Shown here one piece after another: positions 63,811 to 64,000 of a stretch of DNA of 64,000 nt. Both the position numbers and the translations under genes were made by a program. Every line of letters starts with the position of its first letter. Position 1 is the first letter of the stretch. The notes beneath the pieces are model-generated. The model was not told the origin of the DNA. It worked only from the letters and a program-made list of their open reading frames with translations, and made no database searches. Source of the DNA: Narcine bancroftii (taxonomy: Eukaryota); the NCBI RefSeq assembly GCF_036971445.1, contig NC_091471.1:266848001-266912000 (forward strand). The letters are read 5' to 3'.

Positions 63811-64000
63811 TTTGGTATTATCCATCACCCTAATCTCTGAAGGCGTGAAGAGGTCCATTGGACAAGAGGGCAGGAAGAATTCACGAGAATGTTGCAGGGA
63901 TGGGAGAGGCTGGATACGGAGGACATGGAATATTAATGTTGATAGTGTCGATCGGCAGAGATTAAACTTCTCCCCAGGGGAGTGAAATCTAGATTTAAGG

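Overview
This is vertebrate genomic DNA, probably a cartilaginous fish (inferred from the repeat set: V-SINE/HE1-like SINEs, Penelope, CR1, Rex1-like, L1, RTE). It holds the head-to-head pair SGTA and THOP1. SGTA (minus strand) shows 9 coding exons with GT-AG borders and consistent phases; its C-terminal exon(s) lie left of the window. THOP1 (thimet oligopeptidase, plus strand) shows exons 3-13 including HEFGH and the stop; its first coding exons are not visible and probably fall in the 200-N gap at 39769-39968. The SGTA promoter carries a 36-bp tandem array of NRF1-type GCGCATGCG motifs. Introns are packed with transposons. These include a near-intact full-length L1 with a 17-bp TSD and a nested RTE fragment, a second L1 inverted relative to it, a 5S-rRNA-derived SINE3-like element and a Tigger4-like MITE. 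Several templated or fold-back duplications are also present. The right end is a CpG island with CCAAT/E2F/CDE-CHR motifs and a candidate first coding exon of an unidentified gene. I found no clearly new biological system; the best leads are regulatory or structural and are hypotheses. Family assignments come from recalled motifs, not database searches, and repeat boundaries are approximate unless a TSD or TIR is given.
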